A program made the position numbers and the translations under genes. A DNA stretch of 63,505 bases, filler included, from Hausera hauseri (Eukaryota): assembly GCA_046269625.1 (NCBI GenBank). It is 12 parts of 12 records of this genome, joined end to end, with 100 filler letters (N's around TTAATTAATTAA, not from the genome) between each part and the next. Parts side by side here need not be neighbours in the genome. Positions count along the whole stretch, not along the records: positions 8,638 to 15,388 come from JBJURY010069772.1; positions 15,489 to 20,293 come from JBJURY010429030.1; positions 20,394 to 24,933 come from JBJURY010535898.1; positions 25,034 to 29,098 come from JBJURY010784313.1; 8 more parts are not named here. One strand, 5' to 3'. The notes under the pieces are model-generated. The model searched no databases and had not been told where the DNA came from. It saw nothing but the letters and a program-made list of their open reading frames with translations. Positions 12,600 through 28,000 of this stretch are shown in pieces (positions within the stretch are counted from its first letter, which is position 1; each line of letters starts with the position of its first letter).

Positions 12600-13818
12600 G
12601 CGAAATATGACATTGCCGATCCGGAATATATTAGTACCGATGATCATCTCGTCGTTAGACCGAAAGGCAATTTGAATACAGATGGAATTGATAGTAATAA
12701 AAACAATCAGGCCGGAAGTTATTGGGGGAATGGATATTTTAAAGGCATTTGGTATGAAAGTAATGAAAACCGGTATTAGTGGATCTCGAAGGAGAGATAT
12801 CAGCGGTGACAACCACGGTGACAACTGAGGGTCAATTAGTGGAAGTTGTAAAACTCTGATTAAGTGTTTATAAAACATGATTTAGGATTTACGAATCTGG
12901 TAAAACAGAATTGAAACAGGGTAAACCGATTGTTTTGAATCCTAGAAGACAATCAGTGCATCTGGAAGGTAAAATGGAAGAATTTTTGAAAGACCTAGAG
13001 AAAGCAAATATTATTCGGAACTTCAAAAGTGAATGGAATTTGTCTTTAGTAGTCGCTCAAAAGGAAGATAGGGCAATGCGAATTTGGATTTCAGAAAGAT
13101 AAATGAAATAGGAAAGAAAATTTCTTTTCCAGTGCCGGAAAGTCAGGCTTTATTTGATGCGTTAGGCAGTTCAAGAATGTTCTCAAGTATAGAATTCGCG
13201 TTTGATGCAGACTCAAGAAAAAACAGCCTTTTGCACGAAATCACAACAGTATTGTTTCAACAGAGTACCATTTGGCCTTTCCACGGCCCCTGGAACTTTT
13301 CAGCGGGTGATGAACACACTGTTCGGAGACTTGTTGTTTGCGGGTGCTGTCATATACTCAGATGATGTGCTGATTTACTCAAAGACGATTTCGGAACATT
13401 GCAAACTACTAGAAGAGGTGATGAAAAGATTGAAAAATTCAAATCTAAAAGTGAATCCCGAAAATGTAATTTTGGTGTTTCGGAGTTGATATTTCTTGGA
13501 CATACCATTAGTAATCAAGGAGTGTTAACAAATCAACTAAAATTCACAGAAATCCAGAATTTTTCAGTCCCAAATTGTACGCGGCCGTTGAGAGCATTTT
13601 TAGGTCTGGCCAACTAATAAAGAAGGTTTAACAAGAATTACGCGCCCGTTGCGGCTTGCAAGAGTACTTGTAGAAAGTTGCTTTGATCAAAGGAGTGTGA
13701 AGAAGGTTTCAAGATATTGAAATTGAAGCTATATGAAGCTCCAGTATTAACCTTCATGGATCCAACGAATGATTTTATTTTGGATACAGACGCATCGTTT
13801 GGTACTTTAGGAGATGTA
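12600..13818 (+). mobile_element. Degenerate Ty3/Gypsy pol (PR-RT-RNase H start)
   Basis: DFRKINE, FNRVPFGLSTAPGTFQRVM, IYSDDVLIYS, FILDTDAS; interrupted by Tc1. Confidence 0.88.
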
Positions 13819-14955
13819 CTGTACTGGTAAAAAGTTTAGAAAAACCCAGAAAAACTGGAGATACAAAAGAAGTTATTTTTTCTTTATTACATAGAGAATT
13901 CTGTGTTTTTATTGACAATTTGTTCAAAATGCGAAATGTAAGGACCTGACAATGTTACTCGTGTACAGGTGAAAATAATGAATGAAACAGGAAAGTCATA
14001 CCGATTCATTTCTAAGAAATTGGACATTGCTCTTTCGAATGTATCTAAAACACTTTCCAGAATTGAAGAAACTAAGGGTTCTTCATCAAGGAAACGATCT
14101 TGCCGTATCCACAAATATGTAGTAATGAATCCATTTGATTCACCTTCCGTAATTCGTTCTCATTTACCAATTAACGTTACGAAACCTTGCTCAAGAACCG
14201 TTATAAAGTGCCTTGCAAATGAATTTAATTTGAAAACAAACAGACCAGTTAGAACATCATTTTTGACATCAAAAAATGTGAAAGACAGATTTGCATTTTG
14301 CAATCGGTACATAAATTGGACAGCACAGGACTGTTGTTCTGTTACGTTCTCTGATGAAACCATTATAAGTCAATTTCATAGTAACCGGCCTTTTGTAAGA
14401 CGTCCTAAAAGCAGTCGATTTGATCCACTTTACACCATTGCAACAGTCCGCTCCACTCCGATGGTAATGATTTGGGGGCTATATCAGCTTCTGGTCCTTG
14501 TGTTCTTTATTTTTTACCAGAAGGTGAGACCACTAATGAAGAAAGATATCTAAAAATTAACCATGAAAAATTCCTCCATTCATGGAAATTCGGAATACAG
14601 ACATATTTCAAAATTATGGAGCTCCACCCCATCGAGCTAAAATCGTTACATCTGGGTTGAATGCTGCTAACATCCAGACCCTACAGAACTGGCCTGGAAA
14701 TTCTCCCGACCTGAACCCAGTCGAAAATTGTTGGTTTCAGGTTGAAAAGAAAATCCAGATAAAGTCATCTGGTTCTATTGTTGATCTCAGATCTGCTATT
14801 ACTGAGGTTTGGACACGTGAAATAACTTCAAACTACTGTCGGAAAGTAGTGGAATCCATGGTCCAGCGTATTTAAGCTTGCCTGCGAAACAAGGGAAAGT
14901 CCACCAAATGTTAATTGAACAGTTTGCTAAATATGCAATTTATGATAGACTGTCC
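13819..14955 (+). mobile_element. Tc1-like (DD34E) transposon, degenerate
   Basis: Starts after TA with CTGTACTGGTAAAAAGTTTAG; FSDE, VMIWGAIS, GAPPH, WPGNSPDLNPVENCW motifs; frameshifted. Confidence 0.9.
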
Positions 14956-15994
14956 TTATTACATAAGAAGTACTGTTGGTTTTAAAATAAGACAACACAA
15001 TAAATAACATAATCTTCCTTCTAAAGGAATGGTCATGCTGATCATTAACTCTTTTTCTAACATAAATTCTTTTATTTCTCGCCTGGGCCCATTTAACTCT
15101 ACTTTTATCGGGGAATCTTTCCTATTAGTCTCCACTTGAACAATACGCTCGTTTATATACACCGTGTGATTCCATGCATCCCTTGTGGCCTTGATCACCC
15201 TTAATTCATCTCTATGTTTCGTTTTCTTTAATGTATATAACCCCATATGTTCCCAACCTCCCTTATCAGAAATATACGTATATATAGGACCTTCAAAATT
15301 AAGTGCTCCAGTTTTCGCAACCGTTGATATCGGAGGGTTGCTCTCCGGGGGAGTTTCTCCACCATTAATTTTACTGCAAACAAGCATCNNNNNNNNNNNN
15401 NNNNNNNNNNNNNNNNNNNNNNNNNNNNNNNNTTAATTAATTAANNNNNNNNNNNNNNNNNNNNNNNNNNNNNNNNNNNNNNNNNNNNTTCAGTTAAATG
15501 AACGCCAACAAAAAAATCAAATAAATTATATAAATTAAAAATTTGTTTCTTTTTACCCAATAAAGACGGTAGAATTTTTCTATTTAGATTTCAACAAATA
15601 ATGCAATCCGAAGAAATCATCAAACTGTCAAATCACCAACTCGACAAAGGAGAACACGGTTTTTATGTACAACATGACTTGGAAATAAATGGTATTACAC
15701 AGACTCCACGTTTCGTCCCATATCTCAATATATTATCTGATGACGTGAATACAGGTTTTATTTCTTGCCGTGAGTACACTGGTAAATGCGTTCTGAAAGA
15801 AATACTAGGTTTGCTTTTATCGATATGTGTAATGGTTGTACGTTGGACCAATTCAGTATTGTGGTCGGCTGCGTCTGTAAGTTTCAAGAAAAGCTCAAAG
15901 AAAATAAGTAAAACCATACTGGAGTATCTACCCAATAAGAGGTGAACTCGGTAACTATAAAAGTCCCGACTACTATGTTTTTGGGATAAAACAG

Positions 15995-18900
15995 CTACTT
16001 TGGTTCTACCACTTCTGTAGAGTTTAAATCGGACTCGTATGAATTCATTATACGATGCTGGTGCTCTTGTAACTCATTGTACGGATACCGCTTCATATTT
16101 ATTAGGTCCCTTTTGACAAAAAGAGTTTGTGGACGTAGGTCTACTACTTTATACGATACGTGTCCGGTACGTGTCAATGACAACGACTTTCCTTTCTTTA
16201 CGACGGGATAATATTTTATTATGTACTCACCAATTTTATAGGTGTGTGGACGCTCCTTTTTATTGAACTGTTTCAGGTAACCGGCTTACATTTTTCTTCG
16301 AAAGTTTTGTCTTCCTTCTGACAGTATTCCAGTCTTTTAAGTAGGTCTTGGTATTGATCATTCATATGGTCACTTATTGTTAAAGAAGACGGCAATAATT
16401 CGGTATTTAATGGTAACAAAGGTAATCGTCCAAACACCAATTTAAATGGTGAATTATTTGTACCTTTCGTAGGTGTAGTATTGATCGCAATAGCTATGGT
16501 TTTTAAATGAAGTTGCCAATCTTTTTGGTCATGGGAATCTTTTGTAGACAAAATACCTTAAATTGTTCGATTTATTCGTTCAACCATACCATTACATTGT
16601 GATGGTATTATGTGGTTAGCAAGTGTTTACACTGAAATATCCTTGATAAGTGTCGAAAAATTCACTGATAAAATATGGTTCTCGGTCAGTTAGTAACTGC
16701 TTTGGTGTGCCTAATATTGCCACTATTTCGCAGAAGGCTTGCGCTACAGAGCTACTTGTCATATGTTTCAAGGGACCTAAGACAACGTATCTCGAAAATT
16801 AATCTACGAGTGACAGAATCTATTTATATATAGAATCTGACGTTATGAAGGGTCGTGAAATGTCCATTGAACAAACTTCAGTTGGTTGTCATGCCTCCGG
16901 AAGGCTTCTCAAAAGTGGGTTTGCACGAATTCCTCTATCTTTCCGAGTTGCACACATTTTGCAAGAACGTACCCATCCTTCAATGTGTTTATTCATTTGA
17001 GGCCAATAATACTTTGCAGTTATTCGCTTTAGGGTTTTGTTTAGTGATGGGTGACCGGCTAAATGCGAATCATGTTCCTGTAGCATCAGAGGTTTAACTG
17101 CTGGAGTGGGTACCATTATTAATTTCCGTTCTTTACTCTTAAGTTTCAAAACACCATTTTTAATTTCTAATTGTTTTTTCCGTTTCTCATAAAATGTATG
17201 AATTTGGCATAATATTGCTCAACCGTGTGTCCACTGACTAACTGTTTGACCTGAAAAATGAATGGATCTTGGTTATGTAAGGCTTTGATGTTTCAAATCT
17301 GAACTTGTCGTTGTTCATGTAACATGTCTTTCATAATTTTTTCATTCAATTTCCTATCTTTCTTTTTGTCCATTGGTTTATGTAGAGCAGCTACTATTCT
17401 ATCATAAGGTAACCTTTAAATTGCGTATGCGTCTGCATTTTCCTTTCCTGGTTGATATCTATACTCGATGTCATAATTTAAGAGCTCAAACTTCCATATT
17501 TGGAGTCGGCTCAATATATTTTGTTATCAGAAGGCAATGATAGTAAGGCTTTTGTGATCGGTATATACTATGATCTGTTGCCCATAGACATAATATTCAT
17601 AGTGACGTAATCCGTCAGGTATTGCCAACAATTCTAATTCTGTAGTGGAGTATTTTCTTTCAGCGTTATTTAGACTTCGCCCTCAATAGGCAATCACATG
17701 TTCAATTAATTCGTCTGGGCTTTGTTGTGCTAAAATTTAACTGATAGCTTTAAGGCTGGCATCTGTTTTCAAAATATACGGCAAGGAAAAATCTGAATAT
17801 TTCAATATTGATGCTCATACCAACCGTCTTTTAATTTCATCGATTACTTCTTGATTTTCTTCGGTCCATTCCCACTTTTGATCTTTCTTCAATAGTTTTT
17901 ACTGAGGTTGATTAATTTTGGAAAAATTTTCAATAAATGTAGCAAAAAATCCTCCTAATACTAACTAAGCTCTCATCTCGTAGACGCTGGTAGGCGGACG
18001 ATATTCTAATATCTTGGATATAAAATCAGAACTTGTCGATATTTCTTGGTTTGAGACTACAAATTCTAGATATCTGACTTCCGGTTTGAATTATTCGCAC
18101 TTTTTGGGTTAAACTTTAATTTGGCAGTTCTAATTCGATCGAATACTTCTCGTAATTCGATTAAATGTGCTGATCATGTTTTTGATGCGATTAGAATGTC
18201 ATCTATATACGATAAACCGCGTACTCCTTTTAAAACTAAACGAATGAATTCTTGGAAAAAGGTCGGTGCTGTCTTTAGATCGAAGGGCATACGCGTAAAT
18301 AGATAAACTCCTGCGTGTGTTTTAAATGCTGTTTTCCAACGATCTTTTTCGGCTACTGGGATCTGCCAGATTCCACTTTGCAAATCCAATGTGGTGAAGT
18401 ATTTACACTCCTTCAATTCATCAATAATGTCCCGGATACGTGGCATTGGATAAGCATAATTCATTAAATGCTTGTTCAAGCTAACATAATTTACATACAA
18501 GTGGTGTTTGGTAGTATTGGCTTTCTTTGCCATAACTATAAGAGATGGCCATGGCTAATGGCTAGATTTAATGATACCTTTATCTAACATTGCTTGTATT
18601 TCTTCTTCTACTTCCTTTTGGAGTGCTTTCGGAGGTGAATACCATTTTGGAATAGGTTGGCGCAATAAATCTATTTCCTTTCCTGACTGAGGATCAGTCA
18701 TAAATGACATTCTGAATTCAACTAAATCAGTTCTTCCGATATCAGTTTCATCTTTAGCAAATATATCAATATATTCATAAATTTATTCTGAGAAATTATC
18801 CAAATATTCAAGTGATAAATTTTTCTTCGCTTTTGCGAGAACAAGGTCGAACGCATTTTCAACTTTCCTTTCTTCATCCAAAAAACTGGTGCACGTTTAC

Positions 18901-19230
18901 CGTCGATTTCGTATGACGAACCGTTTCGTAAACTTGTCCAATTTTTCTTCTTGGAGATAATGTAATATATTTTGGTGATGGATTCAATACATCAATAGAG
19001 ATTGTTCCTCCGGTCGCGTTGACACAATATAGAGGTAATATAAGTCCATTTAGAAGAATTTTTGGTATAAACTCAATAATGCTGTTGTCTGGAAATATTG
19101 TTCTGGCATGTATAACTATTCTGGAGTTCTGTGATATTTTCTTATTATGTCCTATCCATAAATACGTTGTTCGGAATGTAAAGAACCATTCCAATTGACG
19201 AATCCTGTGGTTAGATACACACATCATAAG
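15995..19230 (-). mobile_element. Degenerate Ty3/Gypsy pol (RT-RH-IN)
   Basis: YFTTLDLQSGIWQIPV, SYIDDILIAS, KTDAS, integrase HDSHLAGH..CKMC, SPFKLVFGR. Confidence 0.9.
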
Positions 19231-20393
19231 TGTTCAAATACCATTTGCAATAAAGAGATACAGTTGAAGGAAATCATCATAATGAATAAGATAACAATTG
19301 ATCAACGGCGGCTAATTCGGGCGTATTACAATTCACCTGTGTGTAATGAACACGACTGCAACTACGAGTCTAGAGAAACTGTATTAAAGAAACCCATTGA
19401 CCGAAATGGCCATACCATTTGTCACCATTGCGGCGACGGAGAGACGAAACCTACGGTACCGGCTGCTCAACTGTACAAACAACTGTGTTTCTATGAATAT
19501 CTATTTCCAACAAAATAAATGGACAATTCCACTCTATATCCGTCGGTAAAACGGATACACTATGAGGTGAGTTATGTTATTGCGTACTATTCGTCTGGCA
19601 ACCATTATTTAATTTACTTATTAACGATTTCTATTTCCCGTTTTTCTTTTATGTTTTTGTGTCCAGCACTAACGAGGTTAGTTCGTTAAAATGACCACTG
19701 CTGGGGTGTAATAATTTCGGATGTGCTGTCTTTGATGCAAAGTTATCGAGCGTTATCACTTGTTGACTTTGATACTAAACAAGTATTTTCGGATCAAATA
19801 CTTATGGAGTACATATTGCTATCGTTTTTCGTCGACGCTACTATTCTGAACGCTAGAATAGTTTTCAGCGAGTGTATAGTATATACCTTAACTTTGATTG
19901 TTTGACTGAACTCAGTTCAGGTTGTTAGTTGACCAATTAACTTTAACAACTCAAGACAAAATGTTTATAGACTGCAACGACTAATGATCTATCGATGAAA
20001 CAATAATGTATAAGGCAGCCTACCCAACCCTAAACTGTAATATGACTCAACCTTCAAGAAATTCAATTCCACTAAACCTGAGGTACATTTCTATGGCAAT
20101 TAAATAATGGATGTCTGCTTAGTTTGACAAGTCCATTGTAATCGTGCTTCGTGCTCACTTCCATTTATGTGACCACACGTTAATTCAACGTCAGATGATC
20201 AGATCACTTTCACAGCACACAAGATACGCCAAAAGTGCTCCGATTTTCATCCTCAGCCAGCACGCAATGACCGACTACAGTTCTGTGTTCGTCNNNNNNN
20301 NNNNNNNNNNNNNNNNNNNNNNNNNNNNNNNNNNNNNTTAATTAATTAANNNNNNNNNNNNNNNNNNNNNNNNNNNNNNNNNNNNNNNNNNNN

Positions 20394-22150
20394 TTTCTGG
20401 AAGAAATTGCATTTGGCGAAATTGATTTGCAGGTTGCTTTGATGCAATCTGTGGAAAATAATTCTAAGGTTCTCATGATGTTGTTTAATCAAAATGGAAG
20501 CAACTAATATCTCATCTATGTATGGGTGAGCAAAGTAAAGACCTGAGAGAACGGTGTCAATGTGGCGCTGAAAGGTCTGAGATGCGATACGTTGGCCGAA
20601 AGGCATGATGATGTTCTCATAAAGACCAAATGGTGTAATGACAACCATTTTTGAAACTTCATCAGGTGCAACAGGAATTTGATGGTAGGCCTTGTGCAGA
20701 TCAATGGTAGAGTAGGTATTGGTGTTATTGAGGCTATGAAAAATATCATTAATTAGTGGTAGTGGATAGGCATCTGTAATAGTTGGGTTGTTTATTTGCC
20801 AATAGTCGCCACATGCCCTGCAAGTACCATCTTTCTTTATTACTACATGAAGAGGAGAGGCCCATGGAGAATTCAATCTACAAACAATGGCAGACTTTTC
20901 CAGTTCATTAAATTCCTGTTCCACAGCTTTACGTCACCGTGGCGACAAAGGTCTGACCTTTTGTTTGATATGTTTCTGATGCTCCGTTACTATATTGTGA
21001 TAAGTTGTGGATGCAGGCTTGAAGTTGACGTCCCTTTTGACTATGCGAAGGCAAGACGTTGTAAGGTATGATTTAAGATGGGAGTCTAAAGATAAGAATG
21101 ATTGGTTCATATCATTAAAAGGAACTGCTGCAGTGATTGACGAAAAGCAACTGGCATTGCTACTTTCGACACCTAATTTGGATTTTTGTTTTAGAATAGA
21201 TTTATGATTGTTGTTCATAGTTGAAGGAATACCGACTTTATCGGAAGCTTTTTTATAGATGAAGAAGCGTTCAACATGTTTACAGATGTGCAAAGAATTG
21301 CTCGGTAGGCTGTTTGCGAGACACATGTTTGGAATTGCGATCAAATTCCTGCTCAAAAAACAGCCGTATTTGCAATCGACCAATGGATCAAGTCTGTTAT
21401 GGTAGATTTAATATTGGCCACGTGGAACTTCCAGACAAACTTATCTGGCAAGTTGGCGAATGTAAAAGTCAATTCCGTGGTTCCTGAAACGTACAACGGT
21501 TGACCACTGGCAGTGAAAAGCGGTGGACAGGAAACTATAGTGGATGTAGGATTGAAGTACAAAGGAAGGAGTGAAAAATCAGCTCCTGAATTTGGTATGG
21601 AGAATCGCAAAGGATTTGTCAGTCATTATTGTTAGTTTTACGATAGCAGTCAACAACTGTGAGTAAGGCTCTGATTGAGGTGGGCAAAGATGACAAGAAA
21701 TAACGGCGAATTAAATCCGCGTTATTCTTAGGTGTCACTCCTAGAGCGCTAAGCTGCAGAATGGCCGTTTGGAGGAAATACGATGGCTTTTGGTTTCCTA
21801 TTGCATGATCGTTAAAGTATTTTTGTATAATGTGACCTATCAAAGGATCAGTGATATGGAGTACAGTCTCACAGAGTGTTTCGTATGGTGTCGATGATTG
21901 GAACAGTTCGGAGATGTTAGTAATCTGCTGCTTGACGTTGGCAGGCAGAAGTATCAAAAGACTATTGGCCCACACAAAGGAGTCGGTGATATTGTTAGAT
22001 TTTAGCCACTGTTGGTGGAATTGGAGCCATGGTTTGGTGTTGTTTTTATTAAGAAAAATTTACACAAGGTAGATTTAGCGAGGTTCGTGTTTGTTGACAA
22101 TTTGGTAGACGATAAATATTGTATGTGTTCGTGAATTTATCATCCGAGAA
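20394..22150 (-). mobile_element. CsRn1-clade-like Gypsy gag-PR-RT (copy B, CHCC region deleted)
   Basis: gag homologous to copies A, C and D (QKPSYFLQT..IRALLTVV); RT SPWASPLHVV..AYHQIPV..PYIDEILVAS. Confidence 0.88.
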
Positions 22151-22282
22151 AGACGGATTTGAGTCCGATCCACCCGAAGACGAAGATGGAGCACAAGATG
22201 GATGACTGGACGTTCGTGGCTTGCGAAAGACAAAAGTGAGTCGACAGGGTGCACAGTGATACTTTGATGCGTGAAATAGAAG

Positions 22283-24933
22283 TCATTGTCGAGTGAGGAG
22301 GATAGAGTTGTATAAGGATTGGACTGTGCCGTTTAGTGGCGCTCTTATTGTTTTCGTATGTTGATTGTTGCTGAAAATCAGGAAGAGTTGCAGCGAAGCA
22401 ATCTCAGGAGAACGGTGAAATGCATGGGAGGAGGCTTGGGCGGTTTCCTTCTGGGTTATGTAAAGTTTCGGGCATGCAACCGGGGAAGTAGTAGCAACTG
22501 ATGATTGTAATAAAGGAATATCCAAAGTTATTGAACTTAAAAACCCTTTTAAATAAAAATTGGTGTTGGCTATGAAAAGTTTGTATATGCGCAAAAAATG
22601 GTCGCACCCGTGGGCGCAAATCAGTAAAAAGAATTTCACCAACCTGCGTGTAAACATCCTCGATCGTACAACGTCCACCGGATTTTGCCATATTGGAATT
22701 ATTCTATTATCCGGATTCTGACGCATGATATTCTTCTGCATTTCATGATGAAATCGTGTGTGACCCAACGTAGGTTTTGACTCACTGTTCTGTTTCACTT
22801 CCCCTGTTTTGCTTGATAGAGTGCATCGGATATCATTGGATAAATTTGAATCCTTCGAATCCTTGTTTAACATTTTAGTGGTGCCTTTGCTGAATGGGTT
22901 CCAAAGAGTGTCCACAAGGTTCGAATAGCGTAGGATAGTCAATCAAAGTAGGATAGGGAAAACTTCTGCACATATTGTCTAAAATAAGCTTTGTGGAATT
23001 ATTAGAGTTTCTACCAATCACTGGATTCGAATGTTTTATTTCTAACGTCTTTTGTAACGCAATGAATGAGAATAGGTAAAAGCGTGATCGTTTTCAACAA
23101 AGACGGGTAAATACTGAGGTACTGTCTTATTTTGAAATGTTCTCTGAATCGTACTAATACTTGAAATATTTGACGAAAATGTCCGTTGAAGGTTTGGAAT
23201 TGAACTGGTCGTGATTAATTGCAATTTTATGGCAGAATCATAACTTAATAAAGACTCATGTTGAGGAGGACTAAGGAAGGTCATAATATTTAGACTTGAA
23301 ATGCTGTTAGAATTGAAAGATTTCAATACACCATGAGACGCGACAGTATGACAATAAATATTCGAAAGTGGTTGGTAATACAAATTATGTAAAGATTTCC
23401 AGACCAGTTGATTCGTTGTTTCTTCTAATTTTTGATCCGTTTTCTCGTCAGTAAAATTTGCCATAAATTCTGTAACCGGTGTACTAAAACGCCGTAAAGC
23501 CTGATAAAGAGCCCCATCTGATGGAAGAATAGTGTCACCGATAAAAATCTGAATTTTTGCTAAAGGTTTTGTTGTGGAGTCGGCAATTAACTTTCCGCTG
23601 ACCGATTCTATAGATTTCGCTGATAGATTCGTTGCTAAAGATGAAGTGCAACCTGAAGTAGACGGAGTGACGATCTGTGATTCAGAATCATTTTGTGATT
23701 GTCTAGTACGTCGTCAATTGGCTAAAGCTTTCAATACACCTTCCCGAATTTTTGTTAGTGGATTATGAATCACTTTTGTTGTAGGGACAGGATTAGTACC
23801 TTTTGAAACTGATTGTTTACTCCTAGTTTTACGATCAGTGCAGGCCTTGGATGCGATGATTGATGATAATTGAAATGGATTGAAAGTCCTTAATTTGTCT
23901 GAATCAAACCTTGTGTGACCTGAATTAACAGAAAAACTGGCTTCAGCTAAATCTGACGTATCATCTTGGTAATCTCCACTATATATATCTCTACTAAGCA
24001 GAGATTTATTTATGGCCTAGCAATCGTAATCATCATTAGAATCACTAGAACCACTTATAGATGCTAATTCTTTGGACAAGGCAGTTCCAAATCTTTTGTT
24101 AATTCGTCCGTGCTTGGAAATTTTTCTCGTAACTATTTTTTTAATATTAGACACAGTTGCTAATACATTTATAAACACATTGAATGATGTATTGAAATTG
24201 ATTAAATCACCAGAATACCACTTTTCATATCCAAATTCAGCATTCCTTGGGTGAACATCATTTGGAAACATTGTAAAATAAGTGGACTGTAAAATAACAC
24301 TGGACTTCGGTAAACTTTCCTCGAAATAAAGACGGCTCTGGTAAAATGCTTGGCAATGACCTTGCTTCAATAATAGAGGAGTCCAAATTTCTTTATGAGT
24401 TGTCTAAACGTTTGGAGCGGATATTCTGTTAAAAACATCTTCCGTTAGGGCTTGAGTTAGATTAAACCGTGATTGTATAACATTTCTTGAAGGCATATTA
24501 TCCATGAATTTAGATTCTTGTTCTTTAGATTCTTGACCCGACCCATACGCCGGTTGCATATTAACACCATATACCTAACCAGGTGTATTTTCCGCAGTAG
24601 CATCACTACCAAAATTTGGTCTACTGTATCCACGAAACGCAGGTTGACCTCTTCATTTCCGCATTTGACGTATATGTATTTTGTGCTTTATCAGACTGAT
24701 TTGACTGTAGATCCTGCATAACAGATTCGTTTCAAACGATAACAGGGTCAAAATCAGAAGAGTATTTTTGATATCCTTGTAGTCCACTGTGATGTTTTCA
24801 GTTAATGATGCCAATTTTTATTCCGTGAATCGGTTAACACGGTTGTTTCAACTACAGCATACTCTTCTTCATTACCGCCACCATCAGATTGTTCCACGTT
24901 CGGCCCAATGCTATCGGTTGCCATTATATATTG
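22283..24933 (-). pseudogene. Unidentified degenerate host-like coding fragments
   Basis: Chain of long same-strand ORF pieces without TE motifs; product not recognised. Confidence 0.3.
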
Positions 24934-25061
24934 NNNNNNNNNNNNNNNNNNNNNNNNNNNNNNNNNNNNNNNNNNNNTTAATTAATTAANNNNNNNNNNN
25001 NNNNNNNNNNNNNNNNNNNNNNNNNNNNNNNNNACAAAAGAATAACAAAGAATAATAATGT

Positions 25062-28000
25062 CTACAATGCTACATGTCCATGAGGTAGTGTGTGCCTTCC
25101 ATCGCTTAGGATCTGCTTCTTGTCGTCCATCCAATCTAGGCATTTCTTCTCTAAGGTTACAGTTTGTACGTTATGATCCCTAGATTAAATCTGTCTCATC
25201 TCTGATATGGTGTGAGTCTGCTCCTGCAGAACTCTCACATAGTCATTGAAGTCAATCTTCTTGACCAATGTGGCCCTTTGAACCCCTTTTTCCCGCTTCT
25301 TTACTTGACCACATACGTCTAGAGCATACATTTTAGATCTGAGAGCCACAAATCTCGATATTATTGCCCCATTCACTTCGTCTTTGAATTTCCGAAGGAC
25401 CTTTTTGTTGGCAATTGAATAATTCGGATGATGCTTCGGATAGTCCGAGGTATCCATGTGTTAAGCCAACTGGGCAAAGTCCTCATAAGTATCCTCTCTA
25501 TGGATACGATAGATGAAACTATCTGTATCCATATACATAAGCTGCATGGACTTGAACTTTGGGACCATGATGTCGTAGTGAAAATGATATATCAGGGTCT
25601 TTGATAGGTCGAGGATTGCCATACCCACATATATGGGCTTGTTGAATACCAATGCTGTTTTCAGCATATGGATGCTGAGCAAGTTCTCCGTATATATGGT
25701 TTTGCTGTGGAAGTTAGGCTTGGCAATAATCTTATTTTCTCGCTTCCAGTCACATACTAGCTCGATGTTGATCCTGTTCCGGATATTTTCCATCGTCTTG
25801 CCAAAGACCAAGTTGTTGTAAAGCTTGAACTGGTCCTTCTCAAAATCGTTCTTGGCATTTGTCCGCAGTTCGTATTGAGATCTTTGTAGGGTTGCAGCCA
25901 CATGGACTGGCTGAACTGCAGAGCTCTATGGATCTTTGTGATGCGGAGTCCATGTCTAACTGTCTGCTGGAGATTGATGTAGTGAACTACATACATCTCC
26001 CTATTATCCAGATGGCAGATCAGCTTTCTATGCTTTCGAAGGGGCGGAGGCCTGCTCTCAGGGAGGAAAGGCAGCTGTTGATGCCTTGCGTGGATGGAAG
26101 CCAGATATTCCATATCCACCTCCAGTATGTATTCCGTATCTCCAGTGAGATCCAGATCCAATATAGGGATGTTTTCAGGCTTCTGGACCCACTTGAAGTA
26201 ATCATATGGCAATGGGGCGCTCATTGCATATCCATACAAGTTGTTGGTATCCAGGTATAATATATATGAGGGTTCCTTGGATGAGTCATACTGGGCCATA
26301 TACTTGTTGTTGGCCTTGCTATACCAGTGAATGGCCTGGCATATTCCGCCCCTAATGCCTCTCGATCATAAGGATCATGTCGTAATCCTTAATGATCTGC
26401 AGCCTAATATCAGTATATCTCAGCATAGCTGCCCAACTCATCCCCGGAGCCGTAAAGAAATGAGATTGATCCAATGCATGGCTCTTTATTGTAACATCCC
26501 TAAAACTCTGAAAGACATCTGTCAGAAGCAGTACGTCCGTCTTGAGGTATATGTCGCTGTATTCTCCTATTGTCCGGCATTGGAATGCCTGCCAGATGTT
26601 CTGAGCATGCTGATAGCCCTCATTACTGATATTACAGTCCGATAGCTGGCTATAAAATTCATCCTTGGGCGGTAATGTGGTATCATGCAGTGTTTCCCAT
26701 GATGTTATGTGGTCGTAGGGAAACATTCTTTTCTTTTTAACTAGGTCAAAGTTAGTGGGAAAAAACAGCTTCATCTCCTTGAGTTTTTCTGCAGGGAGGC
26801 TATTTACTAAACTATCCAGTGACGAGCTCATGAGGCGGAAGCTCTCTACGAATCGAAGTATAATGTGGTCCACATGCTTCGTGAAGGTTATGTATTTTTC
26901 CTCACTATTGGGAATGACATCAATGTTCCCATCAATGTAGCGCTGTTCCCGAACAATTAAGTGGGAATCATAGATACTGAGATTGTGGAACACTACAGGC
27001 ACATATGTACATGTTTTGCAACGGAGATTGCAGTTATTGCATGCTGCACCTCGATATATGCCTGTAAAATGGCAATGATCCCTGACTTTATGATTTCCCT
27101 TGGTGAAGGACTTGTCGCACAATTAACATGTTGTTGCCTTGCGCCATTCTTCTTTTTGCTGCTTCGACATGCTCATATTATCCTTATGCTGCTGAAGCAT
27201 GTTTTCAAGCCTGTGAGCCATGTCTTCAAGTCGTTTCATAAAATGTGCTGCTGCACCTGGACCTCTGAATAGAAATGGTTCATTGTCCAGTCCTTTGGCA
27301 TACATGCAATATGATGAGAGTTCATGGTATTGGTATGCCGTTGTTATGCTATGTTGAGGATTAGGGCTGCAGCTGTGAACTGGCCTGAGAATAGCTTCAA
27401 AGTCGCAACAGATAACTACTGGGACCTTAAGCTTCTTCCCGAACTCCTTGAATTCAATATAGTCCTCCTCGGGAAATTCTGGCCTTACACAGTAATTGTT
27501 GCTGCAGTACATTTTGTGCTCTGCAAGCTTGTCCACGGCCTCATCGCCGATGAAATGAAAAAAGCATCGTTTGCATATTTCTATTCTTGTTATGTGTTTC
27601 GTAATTTTGGATCTGACTAGACGCTCAAAGTTCTTGATCCAAACATAATGTTTCTTTTCTCCATCGTCTAGCAAGAGCAGATCCCTATGATCTTTCAATT
27701 TAACATCGCATATCTGCAGGGAATAGAATTTGTCATCATCATCTAATCCAATGATGTTGATGGATTTGTTGTTGATTCGACTGAACTTCTTAATTTCATC
27801 TATAAATGGAGGGCATGTGATACATTGGAAGTCATAGTTGTGTTGCACTGCCTTATATAGCCAAACTCGATCTACTGCATGTTTTTGATCCTGTACGAAT
27901 TTACGTAAAATGGCACACATGAAACACTTGTTGTCATCATTAAAGACATTGACACATGCCTTTTTATTAGTGATCTATTTCGGAAGCTGTATATAGGAGC

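Noticed and set aside
14959-15945. ORFs flanking a gap
   Set aside because: No recognisable motifs; cannot assign
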